64,000 nt of DNA, taken from positions 93,832 through 157,831 of the forward strand of contig JAFTIR010000039.1 in assembly GCA_017456765.1 (NCBI GenBank), given 5' to 3'. The first letter of the stretch is position 1. Every line of letters starts with the position of its first letter. Below the pieces are notes generated by a model that was not told where the DNA came from, did no database searches, and worked only from the letters and a program-made list of their open reading frames with translations. This stretch comes from Clostridia bacterium. GTDB taxonomy: Bacteria; Bacillota; Clostridia; Oscillospirales; CAG-382. This document shows positions 28,917 through 37,967 of this stretch, piece after piece. A program made the translations under genes and the position numbers.

Positions 28917-29873
28917 ATGTCAGAAAAAGCTGTAAAGAAGCCCCAGGGCGCACCGAAGCTTAGAAAAGACATGACCAAATGGGAATGGACTCTCCGTGAA
29001 ATGAAAGTAAATAAAGTGGGTTACTTCATGGTAGCTCCCTACTATATAGTATTTATGCTTTTCACAATCGTTCCCGTATTCGTGTCGCTTTTCCTTAGCC
29101 TCACACAGTTTAATATGCTCGAAGCACCTATTTTCGTAGGTGTAGATAACTACATAAGACTTCTTCTTGATGATGACACGTTCCTCTTGGCTGTTGAAAA
29201 TACTTTGGTATTTGCAACAATGACAGGTCCCGTATCATACCTCTTGAGCCTTATGTTCGCATGGTTTATCAACGAACTTACCCCCAGAATCCGTGCGGTT
29301 GTAACACTTATATTCTATGCCCCCAGTATTTCGGGTCAGGTATACCTCATTTGGCAGACTCTGTTCTCCTCTGACCAGTACGGTTGGGTAAACGGTACTT
29401 TGATGAAGCTCGGCATTATCAATAGTCCGATTCTTTGGTTCCAGGATACCAATTATATTATGACACTTGTAATCGTGGTTGCTCTTTGGACATCCCTTGG
29501 TACATCGTTCCTTTCCTTCATCGCCGGCTTCAAGGTAGTTGATAAGTCACTCTACGAAGCAGCCAGCGTTGACGGCGTAAGAAACAGATGGCAGGAGCTC
29601 TGGTATGTAACACTTCCTGTTATGAAGAACCAGATGATGTTCGGTGCTATCATGGCTATTACATCTTCATTCGGTTTCGGTGCAATCGTAACAGCTCTCT
29701 GTGGATTCCCGTCCGTTGACTACTGCGCTCACACTATCATGCATCACCTTGATGACTATGGTGGACAGCGTTGGGAATTAGGTTATGCATCTGCTATTGC
29801 GACAATTCTGTTTGCAGTAATGATTGGTTCTAACCTGCTTGTAAATAAATTATTGTCGAAGGTAGGTAAATGA
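28917..29873 (+). CDS. carbohydrate ABC transporter permease (MalF-like), pair 1
   Basis: Six TM segments and the EAA loop LYEAASVDGVRNRWQELWYVTLPVMK. Confidence 0.88.
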   Translation: MSEKAVKKPQGAPKLRKDMTKWEWTLREMKVNKVGYFMVAPYYIVFMLFTIVPVFVSLFLSLTQFNMLEAPIFVGVDNYIRLLLDDDTFLLAVENTLVFATMTGPVSYLLSLMFAWFINELTPRIRAVVTLIFYAPSISGQVYLIWQTLFSSDQYGWVNGTLMKLGIINSPILWFQDTNYIMTLVIVVALWTSLGTSFLSFIAGFKVVDKSLYEAASVDGVRNRWQELWYVTLPVMKNQMMFGAIMAITSSFGFGAIVTALCGFPSVDYCAHTIMHHLDDYGGQRWELGYASAIATILFAVMIGSNLLVNKLLSKVGK

Positions 29874-30742
29874 TGATGAAACTTCCAAAAATCAAAAGAC
29901 GTTCATTTAACCGTTCCGTCGGCGGTGACGTGGGAATTAACGTAATGCTCATCGTTTTCGGTGCATTCATGTTCCTCCCCATGGTTTATGCAGTATCACA
30001 GTCACTTAAGCCTCTTGATGAACTCTGGATGTTCCCTCCGAGATTCCTTGTTATAAATCCTACTCTCAAGAATTTCGGTGAACTTTTCCGACTCATGAGT
30101 GAATCCTGGGTTCCTTTCTCAAGATATATCTTTAACACAGCACTTGTTTCCGTAGGCGGTACATTCGGACATCTGTTCCTTGCTTCTATGGCGGCATATG
30201 CTATGACAAAAATCAAATTCCCCGGACGTAAGGGAATGTTCAAACTCGTTTACTACTCCCTCATGTTCCACTCTACAGTAACAGGCGTTTCAAACTTTAT
30301 TATAATGTCTGCACTTGGTTGGATTGATACATATTGGTCACTGATTATTCCCGCATTTGGTTATACCCTTGGTTTCTACCTAATGCGTCAGTTTATGGAG
30401 TCCACAGTACCCGATTCAGTTCTTGAATCTGCAAGACTTGACGGTGCCAAGGAACTTACAATTTACTGGAAGATAGTAATGCCGATGGTTAAGCCTGCAT
30501 GGCTCACACTTATCGTTTACTCTTTCCAGGGACTTTGGAATAGCGGTACTTCAATTTATATCTATTCCGAACAGCTCAAAACATTTAACTACGCAATCCA
30601 GCAGATTCTTGCCGGTGGTATTACACGAAGCGGTGCTGCAGCAGCGTCTACAGTTATCATGATGATTGTACCTGTAACAGTATTCGTTATCACACAGAGT
30701 AATATTATTGAAACAATGGCAAGTTCCGGTATGAAAGACTAA
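29870..30742 (+). CDS. carbohydrate ABC transporter permease (MalG-like), pair 1
   Basis: EAA loop VLESARLDGAKELTIYWKIVMPMVKP. It overlaps the previous gene by 4 nt. Confidence 0.88.
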   Translation: MMMKLPKIKRRSFNRSVGGDVGINVMLIVFGAFMFLPMVYAVSQSLKPLDELWMFPPRFLVINPTLKNFGELFRLMSESWVPFSRYIFNTALVSVGGTFGHLFLASMAAYAMTKIKFPGRKGMFKLVYYSLMFHSTVTGVSNFIIMSALGWIDTYWSLIIPAFGYTLGFYLMRQFMESTVPDSVLESARLDGAKELTIYWKIVMPMVKPAWLTLIVYSFQGLWNSGTSIYIYSEQLKTFNYAIQQILAGGITRSGAAAASTVIMMIVPVTVFVITQSNIIETMASSGMKD

Positions 30743-30756
30743 GGAGGAGACAACAA

Positions 30757-33036
30757 ATGAAAAATATAAAACGTATAGTTCTCCTTGCCCTTGTCTTTCT
30801 GATGGTGCTTGGAGCAATGCCCGTAGGTGCAATTATTCCTTATTCTACATATACATATGATATCGATGGTAATTACGTCGAATCACCCCATGCATATGTT
30901 CCTTATGAAGTAATTACATCTGCAACACTCGGTATTGGTGATAATCCCATTACAGACCCGCAGGACTTCTGTACCGGTAGAATTTCAGCGATAGATGAAC
31001 ACGCTCAGAGATATTTCTACTGGGATGGCAGAATTTATATTTCTGATGCAAATTCTGCTGCAGAGAACCCCAGAGTTGTAATTGCTGAGTACAGCTTTGA
31101 AGAATCAGGCTTCAGATATGTGGCTGAAATTACAGAGTTTGTAAATGAATGGGGTATTCCCGATAAAATTACTTCTCCTCGTGGTCTCTATGCCATTGAC
31201 AATCAGCTTTATGTCTGTGATATCGACTCTGCAAGAATCCTCGTTTTTGCAACAGCTGACGTTGAAATCGACGGCGTTCAGTATCAGATGGGTGATTTCA
31301 TCAGAACAATTGCCGAACCTGAAAGTGAAGTAATCAGTGATAACCACGTATACAGACCTCTTGCAGTTGCTGTAAGTTCATCAGGTTACATTTATGTTGT
31401 CGGTGAATCTACTCACCAGGGTGTTATTTCAATAAACAGTGAGGGTGAGTTTGCCGGATTTATCGGTACACAGTCTCAGTCCCTTAGCTTTTTTGATATG
31501 CTTTGGAGAAAGCTCCAGACAGAAGAGCAGAGAAATAAGTCTGTAAAGAACGTATCCACATCTTTCAATAATATCAATATCAATGAAAAGGGCTTCGTTT
31601 ACGCGACAACTCTTTCCATAAATCCCGATGATATTCTTAGTGCTGTCGCTTCAAAATCAATCACAAGCGATGCGTCACCTATAAAGATGCTCAACCCTAA
31701 CGGTCAGGACGTAATGAAAAGATCCGGATTTTTCCCGCCGGTAGGTGAAGTTACATTCCAGACACAGAAAACGGCTGATTACGCTACATACGGTCCTTCT
31801 CAGATTTATGACGTAGGTCTTGGTCCCGAAGGTACATGGTCTATCATAGACTCCGGAACAGAAGGAAGACAGAAGATTTTCACATATGATGAAGACGGAA
31901 ACCTCCTCTTCGCTTTTGGTGATAAGGGTTCTCAGCTCGGAAATGTCTCTCTTGCAAAGGCAATTGACTATGCTTATGGTGATGCAGACGGCAATGATTC
32001 CATGAACTACCTTATGGTTCTTGATGAAACAAACGATGCCATCACAGTTTACAGAAGAACAGAATATGGCGATGTACTTATTCAGGCTCTCCAGAATCAG
32101 AGAGACAGAAAATTCGATAAGTCTGAGGAAGACTGGAGAGAAATTCTTCAGAGAAACTCAAACTTCGACATGTCTTATATAGGCATTGGTAAGAGCCTTG
32201 CAAGACAGGAAAAATATCCAGAAGCTATGGAAATGTTCAAGGCTGCATATGATACGGAAAACTATTCCGAAGCATGGCAGCAGGTAAGAAAAGCATGGGT
32301 TGAAGATTATGTAATCGTAATTCCCATAGTAATTGTAGCATTCTTCATTATTGTTTCTAAAATCTTCAAGTATGCAAACAAGGTTAATGAGGCAGGTCTT
32401 GCCCTCAGAAAGAAGCGTACACTTAAAGAAGAATTTATGTACGGTTTCCATGTAATGTTCCATCCGTTCGACGGATATTGGGATATTAAGCATGAATACC
32501 GAGCATCTACAAAGGGTGCAACACTTATTCTTGCGATTACAGTATTGTCCTTTATATATTATTCAATCGGTCAGTCGTATATAATCAAGCCTACACCTGA
32601 TGATACAGGCGTGCTTATGATGTTTGTATCAGTACTCCTTCCCATACTTCTTTGGGTAATTGCAAACTGGTGTCTCACAACACTGTTTGACGGAGAAGGA
32701 AGCATCAGAGATATTTATATTGCGACCTGTTATGCACTTTTCCCGCTTCCTCCGTTCCTTATTCTTACAACACTTTTGTCGAATATTGTAACAGTTGATG
32801 AAGCAGGTCTTCTCTCACTCGCACTTGGCGTAGCACTTTTCTGGTGCGGCTTCCTGCTCTTCTTTGGTATGCAGGTAATTCACGACTATTCACTTTTCAA
32901 GAACGTTCTTACAACACTTGCTTCAATAGTAGGTATGGCATTTATTATGTTTATCGGCGTGCTCTTCTCGAGCCTTCTCGGTAAAATAGTAACATTTGTT
33001 GTTAATATCGTTGTTGAACTTTCATACAGAGTATAG
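30757..33036 (+). CDS. secreted NHL/beta-propeller-like domain fused to a C-terminal YIP1-like polytopic membrane domain (759 aa)
   Basis: Signal peptide IVLLALVFLMVLGAMPVGA. Repeated propeller-blade-like segments (PRGLYAIDNQLYVCDIDSARILVF, RPLAVAVSSSGYIYVVGES, NEKGFVYATT, DEDGNLLFAFGDKGSQLG, LMVLDETNDAITVY), a TPR-like helix pair, then about 6 TM segments. Confidence 0.75.
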   Translation: MKNIKRIVLLALVFLMVLGAMPVGAIIPYSTYTYDIDGNYVESPHAYVPYEVITSATLGIGDNPITDPQDFCTGRISAIDEHAQRYFYWDGRIYISDANSAAENPRVVIAEYSFEESGFRYVAEITEFVNEWGIPDKITSPRGLYAIDNQLYVCDIDSARILVFATADVEIDGVQYQMGDFIRTIAEPESEVISDNHVYRPLAVAVSSSGYIYVVGESTHQGVISINSEGEFAGFIGTQSQSLSFFDMLWRKLQTEEQRNKSVKNVSTSFNNININEKGFVYATTLSINPDDILSAVASKSITSDASPIKMLNPNGQDVMKRSGFFPPVGEVTFQTQKTADYATYGPSQIYDVGLGPEGTWSIIDSGTEGRQKIFTYDEDGNLLFAFGDKGSQLGNVSLAKAIDYAYGDADGNDSMNYLMVLDETNDAITVYRRTEYGDVLIQALQNQRDRKFDKSEEDWREILQRNSNFDMSYIGIGKSLARQEKYPEAMEMFKAAYDTENYSEAWQQVRKAWVEDYVIVIPIVIVAFFIIVSKIFKYANKVNEAGLALRKKRTLKEEFMYGFHVMFHPFDGYWDIKHEYRASTKGATLILAITVLSFIYYSIGQSYIIKPTPDDTGVLMMFVSVLLPILLWVIANWCLTTLFDGEGSIRDIYIATCYALFPLPPFLILTTLLSNIVTVDEAGLLSLALGVALFWCGFLLFFGMQVIHDYSLFKNVLTTLASIVGMAFIMFIGVLFSSLLGKIVTFVVNIVVELSYRV

Positions 33037-33051
33037 GAAAGGAGAAAGAAA

Positions 33052-35811
33052 ATGAAACACATGAAATTAGCAAGATACATTCTTTCTGTTCTTATGCTCG
33101 TTGCAACGCTTTGCATTTGTTGCGTGGCAGCTGATGAGGAATATACACTCTCAAAGGACTATATAACCTCAACGGGTGATAACGGCGTTATTTACAACAG
33201 CCCCGAAGAAAAGCTCGCAACAATGGGTGTTAAGGACGAAGAAACAGGCAAAAGTAAGCCTAACTTTGAAAATGATGAATATGAAATCTGGGCGCATCCT
33301 GAAACCGGTGAAGTTGGTATCAAGGTGAAGGCAACAGGTCAGATTATTCTCACAAACCCATATAATGTCAGCCAGTCAACCGCGGCTAAAGAGGTAAAAC
33401 AGAAGCTTCTTTCGCAAATAATCATTCAGTATAAGGATAGCTCCGGTGCTATAGTGGAATTCAATTCCTATAAGGACGCTGCCCTTAACGGTAAGGTTGT
33501 TTCGAGAGAAAACGTTGGCCAGATTCAGGTTAAAAACACAAGAAACGGTATCAGAGTGGACTATACACTCGGTAAGGAACAGGCAAAATATGTTGTTCCC
33601 AAGCAGATAGAAAAAGAAAGCTTTGAAAAGAATCTTATCGAGGTTTGGGAAGATAAAACCACAAGAGACTTTGCTCAGTTTATAGCATATTATGACCTTA
33701 AAGACCCCTTTGATAAGTCACTTGCTCCTGCAGTTCTTACATCTATGAAGGCGCAGTTCCCTGCAACCGAGAACTATGCAATTTATGTGCTTGACCCCGG
33801 TGTTTCCAACAGAGAACTTGAGATGCTTTCAGGCTATATCAGCAAGAATACTGAATATGATGCTACACAGATGGCGGCAGACTATGATCTTATCAATTAT
33901 ATTGATACATCTGCAGCACCTGCAATCTTCAGATTTGCAATTGAATATTCAATTGATGAGCATGGTATTATGATTTCAATGCCTGCTAACAGTATTACTT
34001 ATGATTCTTCAAGCTATACGCTTGTAAATGTAAAGCTTCTTCCTTACCTTGGTGCAGGAAGTAATAACAATACCGGATTTACATTGCTTCCTGATGGTTC
34101 AGGTACTATAACAAGATTTGAAGATATTAAAGGTAAGGCTTTCACCCTCACAGGTAAAGTTTACGGTAAGGATTATTCCTATCATTCGATTTCCGGATAC
34201 AACCAGGAAACAATGAGACTACCTGTAATCGGTATTCTTGAAAACAGACCTGCGCCTGTTGTAGAAACAGCAGGAGAGGCAGAAGATGTTGCCGCAGTAC
34301 CTGCAGAAGAAACAGACAATCTTGTAGGACAGGGCTTTGTTGCATACTTTGTTGATGGTGACTCTCTCACAGAGCTTAGCTCTGACCATGGCGGTAGTGT
34401 TCATAACTATAGCTCGGTTTATGCTACTTTCTATCCGAAAGCAACAGATACATATTCACTTACAGGTATTTCTTCCGACGGTGATGCAACTTGGTCTGTT
34501 TCAGGCGACAGAAAGTATGTGGGCGACTATTCAATGAGAGTTTTCCCTGTATACGGTGAAGATGCCGGCTATACGAATATGGCACAGATTGTAAGAAAAT
34601 ATCTTGAGGATACAAAGGTTCTTACAAGAATGGATGCCAAGAAAGATAAGTCAAAAGATGTAGCGATTTATATTGAAAACTTCGGTACAATCAAGACAGA
34701 TGAAAAGATTCTTGGTTTCCCCACAAAGGTACAGACACCTCTTACAACTTTTGAACAGACGCAGGAAATGATTGAGGATCTCAAGTCAAGAGGCGTAAAT
34801 AATATCAATGTAAGACTTACAGGTTGGTATAACGGAGGTCTCGAGCATACTGCTCCTTCATCTTTGAGCGTGCCCGGCAAGATCGGTGGTATGAATGGTC
34901 TTAAGGACCTTGCAGCCTATGCGAAAAAAGCCGGTGTTGGTCTCTATCCCGACCTCGACTATACATACGTTGAACATTTCAAGTGGTTTGACGGAATTTC
35001 GACTAAGGATGATACCGTAAAAACACTTGATGGCAGAGGTGCTGTTCATAGAGTTTATAATGCTCTCTACCAGGGATTTGAAGCGGACGACAAGGCAATC
35101 ATCAGCCCCGGTTCAATTTCTGATTTGTATGAGAAGATTAGTAAGAAATACGAAGCAATCGGTGCAAGTGGTATTTCGGTTGCGTCAATCGGCTATGATT
35201 TAAATTCAGACCATAATGATGAATATGTTCTTAACAGAGACGAATCTCAGGAGCTTGTAGAAGACTTCCTCAATACTCTCAAGAAAAAGAACGGAAGTGT
35301 TATGGTTGACGGTGGTAATGCTTATTCTTTGAAGTATGCGGACCATATTCTCAGCATGCCCCTTGAAAGTAGTATGAACATTAACACAAGCCAGTCAGTT
35401 CCTTTCATGGGAATGGTACTTCATGGTTATGTTGAATTCGCAGGTACACCTATCAACCTTGACGGTGACTTTGATTACAGTGTTCTCAGAGCCATTGAAA
35501 ATGGTGCAAACCTTTACTTTGTGGTATCTAAGGATAATACATCCGAACTCAAATCATTCCCCGAATTCAGCAAGTACTATGCTATCAGCTATGACAACTG
35601 GGTAAATGATATTGAAGCGACATACGCTAAGTTCAATGATGCAATGAAGAAGGTTAAATACTCTCTTATTGATGAGCATGAGTATATCGGAACAAGACTC
35701 GTAAGGGTAAAATATGATAACGGAACAGAGTTTATCCTTAACTATAATACCCACGAAGTTACAACAGAAGACGGAACAACTGTTGAAGCCATGAGCTTCG
35801 CAGTGAGATAA
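33052..35811 (+). CDS. secreted 919-aa protein of unknown function (DUF5696-like by recollection; possible TIM-barrel glycosidase-like C-terminal half)
   Basis: Signal/anchor ILSVLMLVATLCICCVAA. The C-terminal half contains barrel-like strands (NINVRLTGWYNGGLEH and VGLYPDLDYTYV). Confidence 0.7.
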   Translation: MKHMKLARYILSVLMLVATLCICCVAADEEYTLSKDYITSTGDNGVIYNSPEEKLATMGVKDEETGKSKPNFENDEYEIWAHPETGEVGIKVKATGQIILTNPYNVSQSTAAKEVKQKLLSQIIIQYKDSSGAIVEFNSYKDAALNGKVVSRENVGQIQVKNTRNGIRVDYTLGKEQAKYVVPKQIEKESFEKNLIEVWEDKTTRDFAQFIAYYDLKDPFDKSLAPAVLTSMKAQFPATENYAIYVLDPGVSNRELEMLSGYISKNTEYDATQMAADYDLINYIDTSAAPAIFRFAIEYSIDEHGIMISMPANSITYDSSSYTLVNVKLLPYLGAGSNNNTGFTLLPDGSGTITRFEDIKGKAFTLTGKVYGKDYSYHSISGYNQETMRLPVIGILENRPAPVVETAGEAEDVAAVPAEETDNLVGQGFVAYFVDGDSLTELSSDHGGSVHNYSSVYATFYPKATDTYSLTGISSDGDATWSVSGDRKYVGDYSMRVFPVYGEDAGYTNMAQIVRKYLEDTKVLTRMDAKKDKSKDVAIYIENFGTIKTDEKILGFPTKVQTPLTTFEQTQEMIEDLKSRGVNNINVRLTGWYNGGLEHTAPSSLSVPGKIGGMNGLKDLAAYAKKAGVGLYPDLDYTYVEHFKWFDGISTKDDTVKTLDGRGAVHRVYNALYQGFEADDKAIISPGSISDLYEKISKKYEAIGASGISVASIGYDLNSDHNDEYVLNRDESQELVEDFLNTLKKKNGSVMVDGGNAYSLKYADHILSMPLESSMNINTSQSVPFMGMVLHGYVEFAGTPINLDGDFDYSVLRAIENGANLYFVVSKDNTSELKSFPEFSKYYAISYDNWVNDIEATYAKFNDAMKKVKYSLIDEHEYIGTRLVRVKYDNGTEFILNYNTHEVTTEDGTTVEAMSFAVR

Positions 35812-35829
35812 GAAAGGGGTGCAGCTTTT

Positions 35830-36792
35830 ATGAATAACACAGCAAGTGTAGAAGTAGTAAAAAAGAAAAAGCCGGCATCACTTGATGCTAAAAAGGCAAG
35901 AGCTGGTTGGTTTTTTGTACTGCCTTTCTTAATTGGTTTTATAATTCTTTATATTCCGATGCTTATAAGCTCGGTTGAGTTTTCATTCAGTAAGATTCAT
36001 GTTATTCCTAAAGCAGGTTATGAACTTGAATTTATAGGAATTGAAAACTATCGCGAAGCACTGTTCTCTGATGCAAACTTTGTAAGAACACTTACAGAGA
36101 GTATTCAGCAGCTTGTACTTGACGTGCCCGCTATTGTAATATTCTCACTCTTTATGGCAATTGTTCTTAATCAGAAAATGCTTGGTCGTGCAGTGTTCAG
36201 AGCAATTTTCTTCATCCCTGTTATTCTTGCAACAGGTCTTATAGACCAGATTGACCAGAGTAACGCGGCGATGAACTACATGAATAGCGGCGGTATTGAT
36301 ACCGGTGCCGGAGGAGCAGAATCCGAAGGTCTTATCAATACAATGGATATTACCAATCTTCTCGGTAATATGGTAATTGGTACAGAACTTGTTGAATATG
36401 TTGTAGGTATTGTTAATAATATCTTTAACATCGTTAACCGTTCCGGTGTACAGATGCTTATCTTCCTTTCAGGTCTTCAGTCAATTTCTCCTGCAATCTA
36501 TGAATCATGTAAGATGGACGGTGCAACAGGTTGGGAAACCTTCTGGAAGATTACATTCCCCATGATAAGCCCTATGATTCTTGTAAATACAATTTACACG
36601 GTAATCGACTCATTTACATCGGAATCGAATGTTGTAATGACATACATTAACAAGGTATATAACGAAGGAACACTCAGACCTCGTGAACTTAGTAGTGCCA
36701 TGAGCTGGATTTACTTCTTAATTGTACTTGTGCTTATTGGTCTTGTATCGCTCCTTGTATCGGCATTCGTATTCTATCAAAGAAGAGACTAA
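35830..36792 (+). CDS. ABC transporter permease (MalF-like), pair 2
   Basis: EAA loop IYESCKMDGATGWETFWKITFPMISP and six TM segments. Confidence 0.85.
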   Translation: MNNTASVEVVKKKKPASLDAKKARAGWFFVLPFLIGFIILYIPMLISSVEFSFSKIHVIPKAGYELEFIGIENYREALFSDANFVRTLTESIQQLVLDVPAIVIFSLFMAIVLNQKMLGRAVFRAIFFIPVILATGLIDQIDQSNAAMNYMNSGGIDTGAGGAESEGLINTMDITNLLGNMVIGTELVEYVVGIVNNIFNIVNRSGVQMLIFLSGLQSISPAIYESCKMDGATGWETFWKITFPMISPMILVNTIYTVIDSFTSESNVVMTYINKVYNEGTLRPRELSSAMSWIYFLIVLVLIGLVSLLVSAFVFYQRRD

Positions 36793-36810
36793 AGAAGGGA
36801 GGATAAAAAA

Positions 36811-37833
36811 ATGAACAATAACACAACAGATGCTCAGCTCAGAAAAGTTACGAGAAAAGAAATGAAGATTGATTTTGAAGGAAAGCTTTCCTTTAAAGAG
36901 AGACTTCGTCTTAAGTATTTCTCATGGAAATTTGTTGGCGAATTAGTGTATAAGATTTTCAGATTTGTTCTTCTTGTCGGTATTTCGTACATCATTATTT
37001 ATCCTTTCCTTACAAAGATCCTCAACTCATTTATGACAACTGAGGACCTTGTAGATGTAACGGTAAAGCTTATTCCCCGTCATCCCAATCTCAATCAGTG
37101 GAAGTTTATCATTATGGAAAATGATTATTTCCTTGCACTTTTCAATACGGCAAGAATTTCACTTGTATGTGCCTTCTTTCAGACACTTATTTGTGCGATA
37201 ATCGGTTACGGTTTTGCTAAGTTCAAGTTCAAGGGAAGAAATATACTTTTCCTTTGCGTAATCATTACAATGCTTATTCCTCATGATACCCTTCTTCTTG
37301 CTATGTTCATGAAGTTCAGATACTTTGATATATTCGGTATTTTCAGTCTTTTCGGACTTGATATAAACCTAATCAATACCGAAATTCCTCTGTATCTGCT
37401 CTCTCTTACAGGACTTGCGTTTAAGAACGGTCTTTATATCTTTATTTTCAGACAGTTCTATCGCGGCGTACCTGATGAACTTGAAGAAGCGGCTTATATT
37501 GACGGTACAGGCGTATTCAAGACATTCTTCCAGATTATTCTTCCCCTGTCAGTTCCTATGATGACAACAGTATTCCTGTTCTCGTTCTCATGGCAGTGGA
37601 CGGATACATTCTATACAGCGTCCCCCTTCTTTACATCCAATGACATCCATTTGCTTCCCAACATTGTTGAGGTTCCTCAGAGCCTTAAGATGGACTTTGC
37701 GGCAAGCGGTCTTTGGAACTCTATCATTACCAACACTTGTGGTATGCTGGTTATCTTGCCCCTCTTCATTATCTTCCTCTTCGCACAGAGATCCTTTGTT
37801 GAAGGTATTGAACGTTCGGGTATTGTTGGTTAA
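36811..37833 (+). CDS. ABC transporter permease (MalG-like), pair 2
   Basis: EAA loop LEEAAYIDGTGVFKTFFQIILPLSVP, with an N-terminal cytoplasmic extension. Confidence 0.85.
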   Translation: MNNNTTDAQLRKVTRKEMKIDFEGKLSFKERLRLKYFSWKFVGELVYKIFRFVLLVGISYIIIYPFLTKILNSFMTTEDLVDVTVKLIPRHPNLNQWKFIIMENDYFLALFNTARISLVCAFFQTLICAIIGYGFAKFKFKGRNILFLCVIITMLIPHDTLLLAMFMKFRYFDIFGIFSLFGLDINLINTEIPLYLLSLTGLAFKNGLYIFIFRQFYRGVPDELEEAAYIDGTGVFKTFFQIILPLSVPMMTTVFLFSFSWQWTDTFYTASPFFTSNDIHLLPNIVEVPQSLKMDFAASGLWNSIITNTCGMLVILPLFIIFLFAQRSFVEGIERSGIVG

Positions 37834-37843
37834 AATTACAAGG

Positions 37844-37872
37844 AAAAGCGTGTGCTTTGCACACGCTTTTTT
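37844..37872 (+). terminator. intrinsic terminator closing the seven-gene operon
   Basis: AAAAGCGTGTG / CACACGCTTTT stem followed by a T-run. Confidence 0.8.
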
Positions 37873-37907
37873 ATATATTAAAAAATTATGAAAAATCAAA
37901 AAAACAT

Positions 37908-37936
37908 TTGACAAAGGAACAAATGTTTGTTATAAT
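37908..37936 (+). promoter_or_regulatory. lexA promoter with an embedded Cheo-type LexA (SOS) box
   Basis: TTGACA (37908..37913), a 17-nt spacer, then TATAAT (37931..37936). The spacer contains GAACAAATGTTT (37917..37928), close to the Gram-positive GAAC-N4-GTTC consensus. Confidence 0.75.
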
Positions 37937-37967
37937 GTATACATAAAAGGTAGAAAGGGCGGTAAAA

